A stretch of 56,247 nucleotides of DNA from a virus (Duplodnaviria > Caudoviricetes). Below, one piece after another: positions 35,434 to 45,213 of this stretch. The notes beneath the pieces were generated by a model. The model was not told where the DNA came from. It searched no databases and worked only from the letters and a program-made list of their open reading frames with translations. A program made the translations under genes and the position numbers. How positions within the stretch are numbered: the stretch's first letter is position 1; each line of letters begins with the position of its first letter. The stretch is taken from positions 1-56,247 of the IMG/VR virus record IMGVR_UViG_3300012349_000002. One strand, 5' to 3'.

Positions 35434-37844
35434 GCTGCCTCTTTTGCTTCCTTCGGCGTTTTGATCCTCGCACTTAATTCGCTTGGAACCGTTAACGCTT
35501 TGTTCCGCTGGTTGCGAATATCAGCTGCGGTTTTGGCCGCATCAAACTGAATGTCAGCCGCTTGTTTAACGGCTTTCTGTCGTATCCCATGAACGGTCTT
35601 CAACGCCTGATTCTGAATCTGACTTTGGGTTTTCTGTGTCGCCAGCGCCGTCTGTGTCTGAACGCTCTGGACCTTGGCCGAATCCAACGCGCTTAACGCC
35701 GTGGCTTGCTGTTGTTGTTGCATCTGCACCTGTTGTTGACGTATCGCATCGAACAGTTCCGCCCGCAACTTTCCATCGAACGCGGTGAGTTGCCTGAATT
35801 GATCCTGGAACAAACGTCCCTGATCTTTCCGCATTGGATCATTCTGCAACCGTGCTATGTGCGCCTCAACGTGTGGGATCATCACCTGCGAGTATTCGTA
35901 AGCGTCTTGGAGTTGCGCTGGATCAAGTTGTTGTCCGCCGTCGATTGCCTGCTGAATCGGACTTAGCGTATCCCCGGCGTCTCGAAGATGGGATGTCAGA
36001 TGCACAACGTCATCCTGCCCCGTGGCGATAACAGGAGAACGACCTTCCTGAATCAACCCATTTTCAAGAGCAGCGATTGAATCGTCTTGGTCCGGGATAT
36101 ACTGGCGCGGCGCGTAACGATTCGTTTTCTCCGGGCCTTCGATCGTTGTTACCGCATCTTCCAACCAGTTCGATTTTCCCTGCTCTGGCAACATCGGAAC
36201 AATCGCCATCATTTGTTGTTGTTTGAGGAGCGCCATTTGTGGACTGCCGTAACCGCTTTGACGATTCGCCCTTACGTATTCCATATCTGACAACGCTTGC
36301 TTTGGAACTCCATCGTCTCTCAATTCTTTCTGGAACCGTTTTGCTTCCTCATCTGAACTGGAAGGATCAGCCGCCCTTCGGAACATTTCCGAATAAAGCG
36401 TATCGAGATACTGATAGAAAAGCGTGATCTGCCCTTCGCTTAGCGTAGATTCTTTTGCAACCTGCTGATTCACCTGCGTCGCGGTCGGCATCTCGCCCTT
36501 TCCATCCTCGCGTGACAACGTCCTCTGATTGAACATCCCGATGTTGTTGGCCAGATGATTGGTCAACATCCGATCAACTTCGAGCACGCTCTCAGTTCCG
36601 CCCTGAACAGTAGTAGGCTTAAACTCCGCGCCGGTCGGGAGCCGAACTACGCTACCCCATACGGACAATTCTAATCTCTCACGTCCGCGTCCAGTCTGGG
36701 TTTGTAGAACAAGCGAACTATCCAGAAACGCCCTGTTCACAGCCTGACCTTTTAGACGATTGCTGACTTCCAGATGTTTGAACGCGCGCATCGCTATTCC
36801 GCGCACGGAATGGTACGTTCCGTCCCCAGTATTCTGGAAAAACACGATCAACGCTTGTTGAAAGTTGTCATAACAATTCGGATCGGAAAACAGGAATTGT
36901 TTGTCGCTCCCGGTGTCTGCGTTGTTCTGATTGCGCGGGACAACTTGGTGATCCGTGAAAATGAATTTGCTGATCTTGGCGTCCTCGCCGGGCTTGGCGA
37001 ATTCCTGCACCAAGATGTGCGAACAATTGACAAGATCGGAATCGGTGAATGATGCCGTCAAATCGTTGTTTTTCAGGATGCGCTGGTAATATTCCCACGA
37101 TTGCGCCCACCATTCGCTACCGTTTGGAACCAATCCTTTCATCCCGAATTTGATCGCGTTCTTGACCGCAGAAACATTCCATCCCGCTGCCGTTGCTGCT
37201 TCTTCGTCCTTTATCCTGTCCCAGAGTTCAACTATTCGGTACGGAACACGGATAATGATGAAAGGAATTCGTTCGTCTACGCAACTTGGCGATCCGCGCG
37301 GGAACAGAACGTTCGCGGTCTCGATTGCCCGGAATCGCCAGTCGCCGTCCCTGTCGAAATACGCAGGGCCAGGCCCGTGAAGTCGCATCCAATACGAGCA
37401 TTGCTGAACGTTCCAGTTAAATTCGGGCCAACGTTTTAAGAGATTCGAGAAACAATAAGTGATCTTGGAACACCACGATTCGTGATCGGGATTGTCCGGC
37501 TGATATGCCGTCCGGCAATCAGCGTAGTACGGGACGTTGGCAAACAATGCAAAATACGGAACGGCGGAGGCATCCATGATCGCCTGACCTTCCATGAAAT
37601 TCAGGTTGCACTCCCAGCCTCTGCCTTCCGATCGTCTTTTGGAATCGTTATAGGGCGGATTGCCGTCAACCAATCCTTTTACAATGGCGCGTTCCATCGA
37701 ACGCTCGCTGTCTTCTTGCAGACACGTCCAGAGCAGTCGGCGCGCGTCGTGCCCGTTCTGGAGACGGGTATATGGACTTTTGCTCGTTTCCTCGTCGAGA
37801 CCGAGCAAGCCTAAAGGCGGAATAATATCAAGGGAAGATGCCAA
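35430..37844 (-). CDS. Portal protein (podovirus-like, with Gln-rich C-terminal barrel)
   Basis: 804 aa; TAT.V.....E motif and long Gln-rich helical tail; follows terL. Confidence 0.75.
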   Translation of the reverse strand: MASSLDIIPPLGLLGLDEETSKSPYTRLQNGHDARRLLWTCLQEDSERSMERAIVKGLVDGNPPYNDSKRRSEGRGWECNLNFMEGQAIMDASAVPYFALFANVPYYADCRTAYQPDNPDHESWCSKITYCFSNLLKRWPEFNWNVQQCSYWMRLHGPGPAYFDRDGDWRFRAIETANVLFPRGSPSCVDERIPFIIIRVPYRIVELWDRIKDEEAATAAGWNVSAVKNAIKFGMKGLVPNGSEWWAQSWEYYQRILKNNDLTASFTDSDLVNCSHILVQEFAKPGEDAKISKFIFTDHQVVPRNQNNADTGSDKQFLFSDPNCYDNFQQALIVFFQNTGDGTYHSVRGIAMRAFKHLEVSNRLKGQAVNRAFLDSSLVLQTQTGRGRERLELSVWGSVVRLPTGAEFKPTTVQGGTESVLEVDRMLTNHLANNIGMFNQRTLSREDGKGEMPTATQVNQQVAKESTLSEGQITLFYQYLDTLYSEMFRRAADPSSSDEEAKRFQKELRDDGVPKQALSDMEYVRANRQSGYGSPQMALLKQQQMMAIVPMLPEQGKSNWLEDAVTTIEGPEKTNRYAPRQYIPDQDDSIAALENGLIQEGRSPVIATGQDDVVHLTSHLRDAGDTLSPIQQAIDGGQQLDPAQLQDAYEYSQVMIPHVEAHIARLQNDPMRKDQGRLFQDQFRQLTAFDGKLRAELFDAIRQQQVQMQQQQQATALSALDSAKVQSVQTQTALATQKTQSQIQNQALKTVHGIRQKAVKQAADIQFDAAKTAADIRNQRNKALTVPSELSARIKTPKEAKEAA

Positions 37845-37857
37845 AGTATCGCCGCGC

Positions 37858-37886
37858 TTTTTACGACGTTATGCCCACCAATGCAA
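37858..37886 (-). promoter_or_regulatory. Possible portal promoter
   Basis: TTGCAT-17 nt-TAAAAA, similar to the capsid promoter. Confidence 0.35.
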
Positions 37887-37901
37887 GGATTTCTTTCATC
37901 C

Positions 37902-38438
37902 TCATCCCCATGGAACAACTGCATACCTTGAACACCATGAACCGCATCCTTTTGCCTTTTGGTAGGGCGATCTTCCACCTCCAGTTACGTTGAAGTACGT
38001 TTGTCCGGTTCGTATTCTTTGAACAACGTCTCTCTTCACATTAAAGGATTTGGCAATCATGCCGCACGTCCGTTGGTCGCGAAAAATAGAAAGCGCCGCA
38101 CGATCGCTTAGAACTGACCTTGGATGTTTTTGACCTCTCGGGTAATTTCCGATCAGTCTTCTATCGAGCATATTGTCGAGTTGGTTCCCAATTCTAAGAT
38201 GCAGGGGATTCACGCATGAGGCTTCGTTGCACGAATGAATCACCATCATGCCGTCTGGAATTTTTCTTCCGTTAAACCACTCCCACGAATATCTGTGAGC
38301 GCCCATCCTGTTTCGAGACCACGCGAAAACTCCATAACCATCCTTATTTTTGGTGCCGCTCCATAGCCAACAGCCCGTAGGGGTTTTTACGGTTACCTTG
38401 CTTGCGAATAATTCATGCGGCTCAGTTGCCATGCGCAT
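37902..38438 (-). CDS. HNH homing endonuclease
   Basis: CWLWSG....GYG...AHRYSW...H.C....CVNP.HL..G...DN..D. Confidence 0.85.
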   Translation of the reverse strand: MRMATEPHELFASKVTVKTPTGCWLWSGTKNKDGYGVFAWSRNRMGAHRYSWEWFNGRKIPDGMMVIHSCNEASCVNPLHLRIGNQLDNMLDRRLIGNYPRGQKHPRSVLSDRAALSIFRDQRTCGMIAKSFNVKRDVVQRIRTGQTYFNVTGGGRSPYQKAKGCGSWCSRYAVVPWG

Positions 38439-39066
38439 CTTTAACAGAGGTACGCCATTCCTGCAACTCTTTTATTTTCCAACAGTCCTGAACTTGTTCG
38501 TATTGTTTCTCGTGTTCTTCGGTAATTCCCTTGGCCAGATGTTCTATAGATACCCAAACGGCGGCCTCGTTGCTGCACGCGCAAATCCCACATGCCTTCA
38601 GAAGATGATCGTACGGCGTTTTGCGCGCACCTTTTAGGCTTATCACCACGTTGGCAATTTGATGACACGCTTTGCATCCGGGGACGTTCACGTTAGCGAA
38701 GCACCGCGAACAAATCAGCGCGCGTTCATCTGCGACTTCCTGAGAAACTATTGCATCTGGACTTGCCAACATAGAGGCCGCCACCCCCGTACCACGGATG
38801 AAATCTAGCATAGTAAATCGCGTGGTATTGATGAACGATTCAGGCTTGCCACCCTCGCACCATTCGCCCGAGAGCGTCCGACAACATTGATCCTCAGCAA
38901 TCTCGCGCCAGTTTTCAGGGAGTGCATAGCCGTTGTCGATTGCGTGTTTATAGATTTGCGCGAACCAATCCTGCTTGGAGAACGCGCTTATCATTACCCC
39001 GTCCTCTGGAAATCGGTAACGGAATTTATCCGGCGGCGTGGTATTCGTTTCCTTGAATTTCAACAT
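38422..39066 (-). CDS. Cys-rich hypothetical protein
   Basis: ICSRC, GCKAC, ACGICAC, DCW; coupled to the terL stop. Confidence 0.65.
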   Translation of the reverse strand: MLKFKETNTTPPDKFRYRFPEDGVMISAFSKQDWFAQIYKHAIDNGYALPENWREIAEDQCCRTLSGEWCEGGKPESFINTTRFTMLDFIRGTGVAASMLASPDAIVSQEVADERALICSRCFANVNVPGCKACHQIANVVISLKGARKTPYDHLLKACGICACSNEAAVWVSIEHLAKGITEEHEKQYEQVQDCWKIKELQEWRTSVKDAHGN

Positions 39067-40859
39067 CAGACAAACGAATAACTTTCCAGATAATTTCGTT
39101 GATCGAATTCGTCTTCTTGTTGCGGACGATATTCTTCCTCCACCGCTATGCCAAAGTCTGCCGGGGTCGCGCCTTGCTGGCGGCAGAATTCAATTCCTAT
39201 TGCCAAGCTATCAAAATCGTCCGGGCTGAACCCGAGACGTTGTTTGAACCCTCGCACCGGCCGCCCTTTTTCGTCCGTGCGTCCTTTTGAACCCGTCTTC
39301 GGTTCAGCGCACCATTTCCCGTTCCGGTAAAATGTACGGCGCGAACACGCCTGGAACGCTGCATCATGTGATAATCCACGAAGCCCGTCGGACAACGCGA
39401 ATTCTCTGACATTAAAACAAAGCTCGCTAGCGCGCGTGTCGTATGCTTCCTTCGCTGTTTTCCCGGACGTATCAACCGGAAGCTCGCTCGGGGCACCGCC
39501 CGATTCGATTCCGGTAACGTAACCCCACTCCCTGTCGAAGATAGATTTTAACCCACCGCCTTCTCCGCTGGCGTCCAACGCGAATTCTCTCGGTTTAATT
39601 CCACGCTTTTCGCATTCCACCTTGCAGAAATCCACGATCTGATAATGGAGCGGTCGTTCGGATTTAGCGTCAATCGGAACCATCTCAACTTCACGAGCTT
39701 CGATTATCCAACGCAGTCTTCCTCTGTCGTCCTCCGTTTGGCCGTAATGGATAAATGTCAATTTTGCCTTGTCGCCACCGCCAAACGCAGGATCAAGCGC
39801 GGCGCATTTCCTAAATCCCTGTGTCCATACAGCTTTATCCTTGCAATGGAACGTGATTAGGATCGCGTCATCAAGAAGAGTAGATTCCAAACCCATCGGT
39901 GGTGGCCAGCCGATGGCTTGGCTCCAAAAACCGGGGTCGTTCAGGTTGCCACGGACAGATTTGAGATGGTTGTCCACCCAATCTTTATTTATCAGCCACG
40001 GCAACCGTTTCTTTTCTTCCGGTGATTTATCTGCCGGACTTTTGCGGCCATCGAAAAATTGGCACAATCCATTCCCTGCCAGCGGACCGCCGAGCGTTTC
40101 CCATTGTTCGGTCTCGGCGCGGGTTACACTATCCCATCCGTTCACCGGCTCGCTCTCCCGCACGAGCGGACTGTGAATCGTGTCCGGGTTTCCCATCATC
40201 AGGAAATCGAATCGAGGATTTTTCGCCATATTGTTCGTGGCGCGCAAAATCGCTTCACGAATTCCCTGCCCCTCGTCGATTATCAGGAGAACACGCTGGG
40301 TATGGATGCCGATTAGGTTGTTGACGACCTCCTCAATCGGCCCCTCTTCCACGGCCATTCCGAATACCCCATTTTTATCGTCGCCCGCGCGCCACCGTAT
40401 CCGAGTGGATGAATCGAGAAGTTCCCCGGTGTACTGCATCACATCGTTAACTGCCTTGGGCAATGCCTGATGATAATGGGTGACGTACGACCAGATGCGC
40501 ATCCTGAGCATCTTCATCGTGGTCGAACAGAATATCACCGCAGTTTGAAACGGCGCTTGTAGCCAGTATTCCAGACCGAATACGCCAGCGTCTACAGTCT
40601 TGCCGCTCGCGGCCGGGCCGATCCATGTCGTCCAATGATGTGAACAGATTCCCTCCAATCGCCGGTCGTTCCATGTGTGCCACTGATATTCAGGCCAGAA
40701 AAATTTGATCCGCTCTTTCCGGTGATAGAACGCGCCTTTTCCGACATCATGATAGGCACAGAACTGATGCCGCGTTATCAAGGGAATGTCGCGCTGCTTC
40801 CATTCCTTAGCTTTTTGCGTCCAGTCTATGCCGAACTGAATATCGCGGCCAGCTCTCAT
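39066..40859 (-). CDS. terL: Terminase large subunit
   Basis: Walker A GPAASGKT, Walker B LLIIDE, MGNP coupling motif, nuclease ALDPAFGGGD and SPDDFDS. Confidence 0.9.
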   Translation of the reverse strand: MRAGRDIQFGIDWTQKAKEWKQRDIPLITRHQFCAYHDVGKGAFYHRKERIKFFWPEYQWHTWNDRRLEGICSHHWTTWIGPAASGKTVDAGVFGLEYWLQAPFQTAVIFCSTTMKMLRMRIWSYVTHYHQALPKAVNDVMQYTGELLDSSTRIRWRAGDDKNGVFGMAVEEGPIEEVVNNLIGIHTQRVLLIIDEGQGIREAILRATNNMAKNPRFDFLMMGNPDTIHSPLVRESEPVNGWDSVTRAETEQWETLGGPLAGNGLCQFFDGRKSPADKSPEEKKRLPWLINKDWVDNHLKSVRGNLNDPGFWSQAIGWPPPMGLESTLLDDAILITFHCKDKAVWTQGFRKCAALDPAFGGGDKAKLTFIHYGQTEDDRGRLRWIIEAREVEMVPIDAKSERPLHYQIVDFCKVECEKRGIKPREFALDASGEGGGLKSIFDREWGYVTGIESGGAPSELPVDTSGKTAKEAYDTRASELCFNVREFALSDGLRGLSHDAAFQACSRRTFYRNGKWCAEPKTGSKGRTDEKGRPVRGFKQRLGFSPDDFDSLAIGIEFCRQQGATPADFGIAVEEEYRPQQEDEFDQRNYLESYSFV

Positions 40860-41155
40860 TCGATTTCGGTGAGAAAGCGAGAATTGTTGTAGAAAAAACT
40901 TAGACCCCTAAGCTTCCTGTTTATAAATACGGGATGATCCAAAAATTCAATCCAGCCAAAATCTTCCAACTGCTTGCGGAGGGAAGGGTCTTCTCTTAGC
41001 ATTTCCTTTGCAAAATCTAATGAGACTTCGAGGATGCAATCTCCATGTAAAGGAACGTCGTTTGAGGCATCAAGAGACTCTGCCGCCGCGAACAGGACGT
41101 GCATAAATGGATGTGTAAATTCCTCGCTTATTTTATCGAAAGATTTCGCTCTCAT
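40856..41155 (-). CDS. Hypothetical protein
   Basis: ATGA-coupled at both ends. Confidence 0.5.
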   Translation of the reverse strand: MRAKSFDKISEEFTHPFMHVLFAAAESLDASNDVPLHGDCILEVSLDFAKEMLREDPSLRKQLEDFGWIEFLDHPVFINRKLRGLSFFYNNSRFLTEIE

Positions 41156-41910
41156 ATCCGGTCAACCATAACCTTGTCGTCCACAAATGGAAAGAAGCGA
41201 GCGAGCCTATCCGGGAAATGCCTGTGCTGTTGCAATGCCTTCCATTGATTTACAAGCCCCGTGTAGCCGTAAAATTTCTCCTTGAATTCGGCTTGCTTGC
41301 ACAGCGTGTAGGCGTAATGATCGAATGTTAATCCGTGTCTGCGCGCTTCGTTGCGTTCCATTGTTCGGCCCTTCAGGCCACGGAGAACCGGAGGTTCATG
41401 TGAGGTAAATTGCATACCAGGTTCGAAGCGCCATGCGCGTAACCATTCGTAATTTTTATTACCCCAGCAATGTTCACCTACGCAGATCAAGTTTTTCCCG
41501 ACGAAACATCGGCACGGCATCTTGATTGCTCCGAGTTCCGACTCGCATTCGAAAAGCGAGACAATTTTTTCGATGTTTCCCGGTGTATGAATTTCGTCTA
41601 CGTCGATTTCCATTAGCACGCACGGTTTCTCAATATATTCCAACGCTGCGTTCACCATTTCATCCTTGGATTTCCAATCTTTGCGACGGATGAGCGAAGC
41701 GTAATACCCTAGCGAATTAAGATACTCGGTTGTTCCGTCATCGCTTAATCGTGGCTCCTGTGGTTGGCACCATCCCGTTGATCCGTTGTTTTGCGCCGTC
41801 CCTTCAACCACGATCCAACGCCAATCGCACGACAATTTCTTGAAGATCGAGAGATGCCATGTTGCGAACGGCATCGCGTCCAGCATTAACGTGAAGATCG
41901 CTAGTTTCAA
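41152..41910 (-). CDS. GT2-like glycosyltransferase
   Basis: WIVVEG, SDDGT.EYL, DVDE (DxD). Confidence 0.75.
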   Translation of the reverse strand: MKLAIFTLMLDAMPFATWHLSIFKKLSCDWRWIVVEGTAQNNGSTGWCQPQEPRLSDDGTTEYLNSLGYYASLIRRKDWKSKDEMVNAALEYIEKPCVLMEIDVDEIHTPGNIEKIVSLFECESELGAIKMPCRCFVGKNLICVGEHCWGNKNYEWLRAWRFEPGMQFTSHEPPVLRGLKGRTMERNEARRHGLTFDHYAYTLCKQAEFKEKFYGYTGLVNQWKALQQHRHFPDRLARFFPFVDDKVMVDRI

Positions 41911-42365
41911 ATGATCTCTAAGCTTTGTGGGAAATCTTTACTTGGTTTCAATTCGATCTCGCCTCTACGAAATAACTCACTATCCGAAACATTTCGAAAA
42001 TGTTCCGAAAGCTTTTCAAAAGCGTCGTCGATATTATAGGCCTCAAATTCAACATCGGCTTTTAGTCTAAATATCGTGTCTTGATCGCCTCCATAACAAC
42101 AGATTCCAAAATCACCCTGCGCAGTCCCATCATCCTGTGATGTCCGTCAATTCCAATCTCGCTCCTATTTCGGATTCGTGAGAAGATGTACAGCACGAAG
42201 TTTCATTATGGTTTTAGAATATCTATTTCGATCTTTCTCTCTTTCTCGTCGTTCAGATATATCGAATCATTCATCGCGACCTTGAATTCGTATCGTTTCC
42301 AGCCACTTTCGAATTTTACTCTCATCCGAAGTAAAAAGACGGGACGCCGAAAGAAATCAATGAGT

Positions 42366-42689
42366 TTACTCACAAAAGAATCTGCTCCAGAAAGATGGAA
42401 TCGTAGTCGGTGTGTACCCCTCGTTTGTGTAAACTTCAACTTCCTCCACAAGGCCGCCCAAGAACGGGACTTGGAGTTTCTTTTCTATTTTGGCTCCCGC
42501 TAAAAACCTGTCAACATCTTCCGGGACAGTTAATTTCACCCTATTTCCTACGGTAATCAGCTTCTCTTTGTTCGAGAATGCATCGCCCTTAAGTAGGTGG
42601 ATGGGATATGATACTGTTTCCACTTCACTTTCGTCTTTCGTAGGAATCGGTGACAATGTAGACAAAAACCCCAAGGCAGACCATGGCAA
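42366..42689 (-). CDS. Hypothetical protein
   Basis: 107-aa ORF; start uncertain. Confidence 0.4.
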   Translation of the reverse strand: MPWSALGFLSTLSPIPTKDESEVETVSYPIHLLKGDAFSNKEKLITVGNRVKLTVPEDVDRFLAGAKIEKKLQVPFLGGLVEEVEVYTNEGYTPTTIPSFWSRFFCE

Positions 42690-42776
42690 AAGCTAGGACA
42701 CGTTGTACCGGAGTGCCAACGACAATAGCGAACAGTGCAACACTATAAGGAAAAATTATCAGGAAGAATGTCTTAA

Positions 42777-44090
42777 TCATGCCGACTGACTCCACAGTTG
42801 CTCGTTCCATTGACCTTCAAACGAATTTTCGATTTCAGGCGTTGCCCAGTGCGATTGGTGTTCTTCGTGCGTTATCACGTCTGGGATTTCAACCGGAGCG
42901 AAGTCATATTTAAGGTTTTCCATAGTTGTGGGGATGCGAAGCTGTTTACGCATCCAACGCGCCATTATTAAATCCGGTTTTTGCGCGCTCCAGTACGGAT
43001 TAGGAACCCTGTCCAGATGATCTTTGAGCCAATCCCTGCGAAACCAGAATATCTCGCGCCCGATATGAACAGGATCGCGTGGGCGACGGGAACAACCAAA
43101 GTTCCACTTGCCCGCGTGCTGGCGAATCTTGTCTAAGGAACCGTTTAGAAATGCGACATCATCATTCGTGAAAACGATCACATCCTTCCCGGTTTCGAGA
43201 CCTTTTCCCAAAAAATCTCTCATTTTTGGATGGCGCGCTTTGACGTAAATAAAATCGGACAAATGCGTTTCCATTGCGCGTTTATGCCTGTTACTCGACG
43301 GATCGTAGGAATTGACGACCACGGCAAGAGACTTCACTTCACACGATATTTGCCGCTTCGCCGCTTCCACTACTGCCGTTAAATCTTTACCAATCTCAGA
43401 GCGTGTCCACGAAGCGACCACCTGCGGCGGAGGAACAGCACCAAGCCATCCGTCATTCAAGATTGCAATCACCGGGCAGTTGCTCGCGCGTGCGAGGTGA
43501 AGATGAACCGTGTCCACCGTTACGAGGCAATCAGCAAGTTCGTAAAGTCCAAGAAGATCAATAATGCTGTCGGCTCTAACGTTGTCCATGTCGATCACGT
43601 CCACGTCCAATCCGCGAATCATAGCGATTAATTTATTAGCGTGTTTGAACGGTGTAGAAATGTTGGTCGTTGATACTAAAACGAGAGGGCGCTTATAGTC
43701 CGGTACGTGTCGCCGAACTAATTCGTCCTCTTCCGTTAAGTCCCGCCTGTCGAAAATCAACGGCCACTTCCCGTATTCATCGAGATACCCGCACAATCGC
43801 CATTCCTCTTTGCAGAACGAGTCCGTCATCCTTCGTTTGTCTGAGTTGCGATTGCACTGGCCGACGAGAAGATTCGATGACGTTCTCCATCCGTACTCCA
43901 TCGCTTGAAGAAGAGTCTCTGGGCTTCCGTGCCATTCACGGGGCGTTACGTACGAACAGCGGCTTAATGTTTTCTCAAAATCGTGGCCAACGATCCATTC
44001 CACTTTGCCTTTCTTCGACAGATGATAGGCGAGAGGAAGCAGATTGATGATGTCCCCGTGACGCCCAAGGAGTAGGATCGTATTCGTCAC
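42777..44090 (-). CDS. Two-domain glycosyltransferase: GT9-like (GT-B) plus GT-A-like
   Basis: LGRHGDII...P and ADCLVTVDT..LHLA GT9 motifs; C-terminal VFTNDDV. Confidence 0.75.
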   Translation of the reverse strand: MTNTILLLGRHGDIINLLPLAYHLSKKGKVEWIVGHDFEKTLSRCSYVTPREWHGSPETLLQAMEYGWRTSSNLLVGQCNRNSDKRRMTDSFCKEEWRLCGYLDEYGKWPLIFDRRDLTEEDELVRRHVPDYKRPLVLVSTTNISTPFKHANKLIAMIRGLDVDVIDMDNVRADSIIDLLGLYELADCLVTVDTVHLHLARASNCPVIAILNDGWLGAVPPPQVVASWTRSEIGKDLTAVVEAAKRQISCEVKSLAVVVNSYDPSSNRHKRAMETHLSDFIYVKARHPKMRDFLGKGLETGKDVIVFTNDDVAFLNGSLDKIRQHAGKWNFGCSRRPRDPVHIGREIFWFRRDWLKDHLDRVPNPYWSAQKPDLIMARWMRKQLRIPTTMENLKYDFAPVEIPDVITHEEHQSHWATPEIENSFEGQWNEQLWSQSA

Positions 44091-45037
44091 GCCTTAGAGG
44101 CTTCGTATTTGCGCAGCGCTTCCAATCGCTGCTCTTTCGTGGCTGAACGCCTACGTTTGATACGCCGCTTGCGCGGTTGCCATTTCTGTTGTGCTTTCTT
44201 TTCGTATTCCGCGAGTTGTTCCCCGTATGGCGTTAACGGAGATGACTGGACGGATGTTTCATGCTCATTGGTCCCACACACAACAGAGGTCACAGGTTCT
44301 CCCTGTGCACCATGTCCGCCAGCCATCAGCTCCCCCCGGAGCATATCAATCAAAGTACCATCCTTATTCCGATGAAAAAACGCCGTCTCGGGTTCGAGAA
44401 GGTGTCTATCGCCCGGGAACGTCGGAGCCTGATTCTCACGCGCCCAATAGACGTGCTGAAATAGTTTAGAGAAATGAACTTGATTCATTACCTCCATTGC
44501 CCCAGCCATATCAAACGCGACTTCGGAACCGTTAGGATATTCTAGCGCCTTCACGAGTGACGGTGCCAGTTGAACCGCATTATCGGGATACACGCCTGAA
44601 CCGTTCATACGTTCGCGTCCGTTGATGTTGACGTACGCTCCCATGAAATCTTTGCCGCATGATTGATATTCCTTCTCTATAAGATCAAACGCATCTGGTT
44701 TCGTCGGAATGCAGTCCGGCTCACAAAATAGCCACGCGCCTTTCTTTTGGAGATAAAAATGCCACGCGGCCTGTCGGAACATGGAGTTCGGCCCGCGCGC
44801 GTCCCTGAATTGATCGTCACTCTTCCAATCGCTTGTTATTCCTTCGGCATCTTGAATTTCGTGTACGAATTTGAAAGCTTTCTTTGCGGCTTCCGTTGTG
44901 CGACTGGAATTCATTCCCTTGAATGGGAGCAGCCACAAAACGTGACGCTCTTGGATGCCGCAGAATTCCGCTACCCACTCTATCCAATCGACCGCTTGAT
45001 CGTAATCGTATAATGAAAACGGAAGGACAACGTTCAT
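44087..45037 (-). CDS. GT-A-like glycosyltransferase (probable)
   Basis: WLFCEPDCIP DxD-like motif, MNG.GVYP; start reassigned to ATG 45037. Confidence 0.55.
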   Translation of the reverse strand: MNVVLPFSLYDYDQAVDWIEWVAEFCGIQERHVLWLLPFKGMNSSRTTEAAKKAFKFVHEIQDAEGITSDWKSDDQFRDARGPNSMFRQAAWHFYLQKKGAWLFCEPDCIPTKPDAFDLIEKEYQSCGKDFMGAYVNINGRERMNGSGVYPDNAVQLAPSLVKALEYPNGSEVAFDMAGAMEVMNQVHFSKLFQHVYWARENQAPTFPGDRHLLEPETAFFHRNKDGTLIDMLRGELMAGGHGAQGEPVTSVVCGTNEHETSVQSSPLTPYGEQLAEYEKKAQQKWQPRKRRIKRRRSATKEQRLEALRKYEASKA

Positions 45038-45071
45038 TTTAACGGCAAGCAGGACGGCAGTGCGAGACATT

Positions 45072-45150
45072 CAGGTTGGAATGTTGGGCGTGAACGACCC
45101 ACAAGGCGCGCTGCCGTCGTGTTTAACGTTTTCTTCTTCATTCCAACCTG
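45072..45150. repeat. 12-bp perfect inverted repeat in the divergent intergenic region
   Basis: CAGGTTGGAATG (45072-45083) and CATTCCAACCTG (45139-45150). Confidence 0.75.
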
Positions 45151-45213
45151 TGAATCTTAAACGGATAATCTGTCGTTGCACATTTGGCAACAACAATTAT
45201 TATCGTCCACGAA

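Noticed and set aside
41907-42205. Possible short gene or pseudogene (IFRLKADVEFEAYNIDDAFEKL...)
   Set aside because: No clear start codon; a real gene cannot be told apart from a remnant
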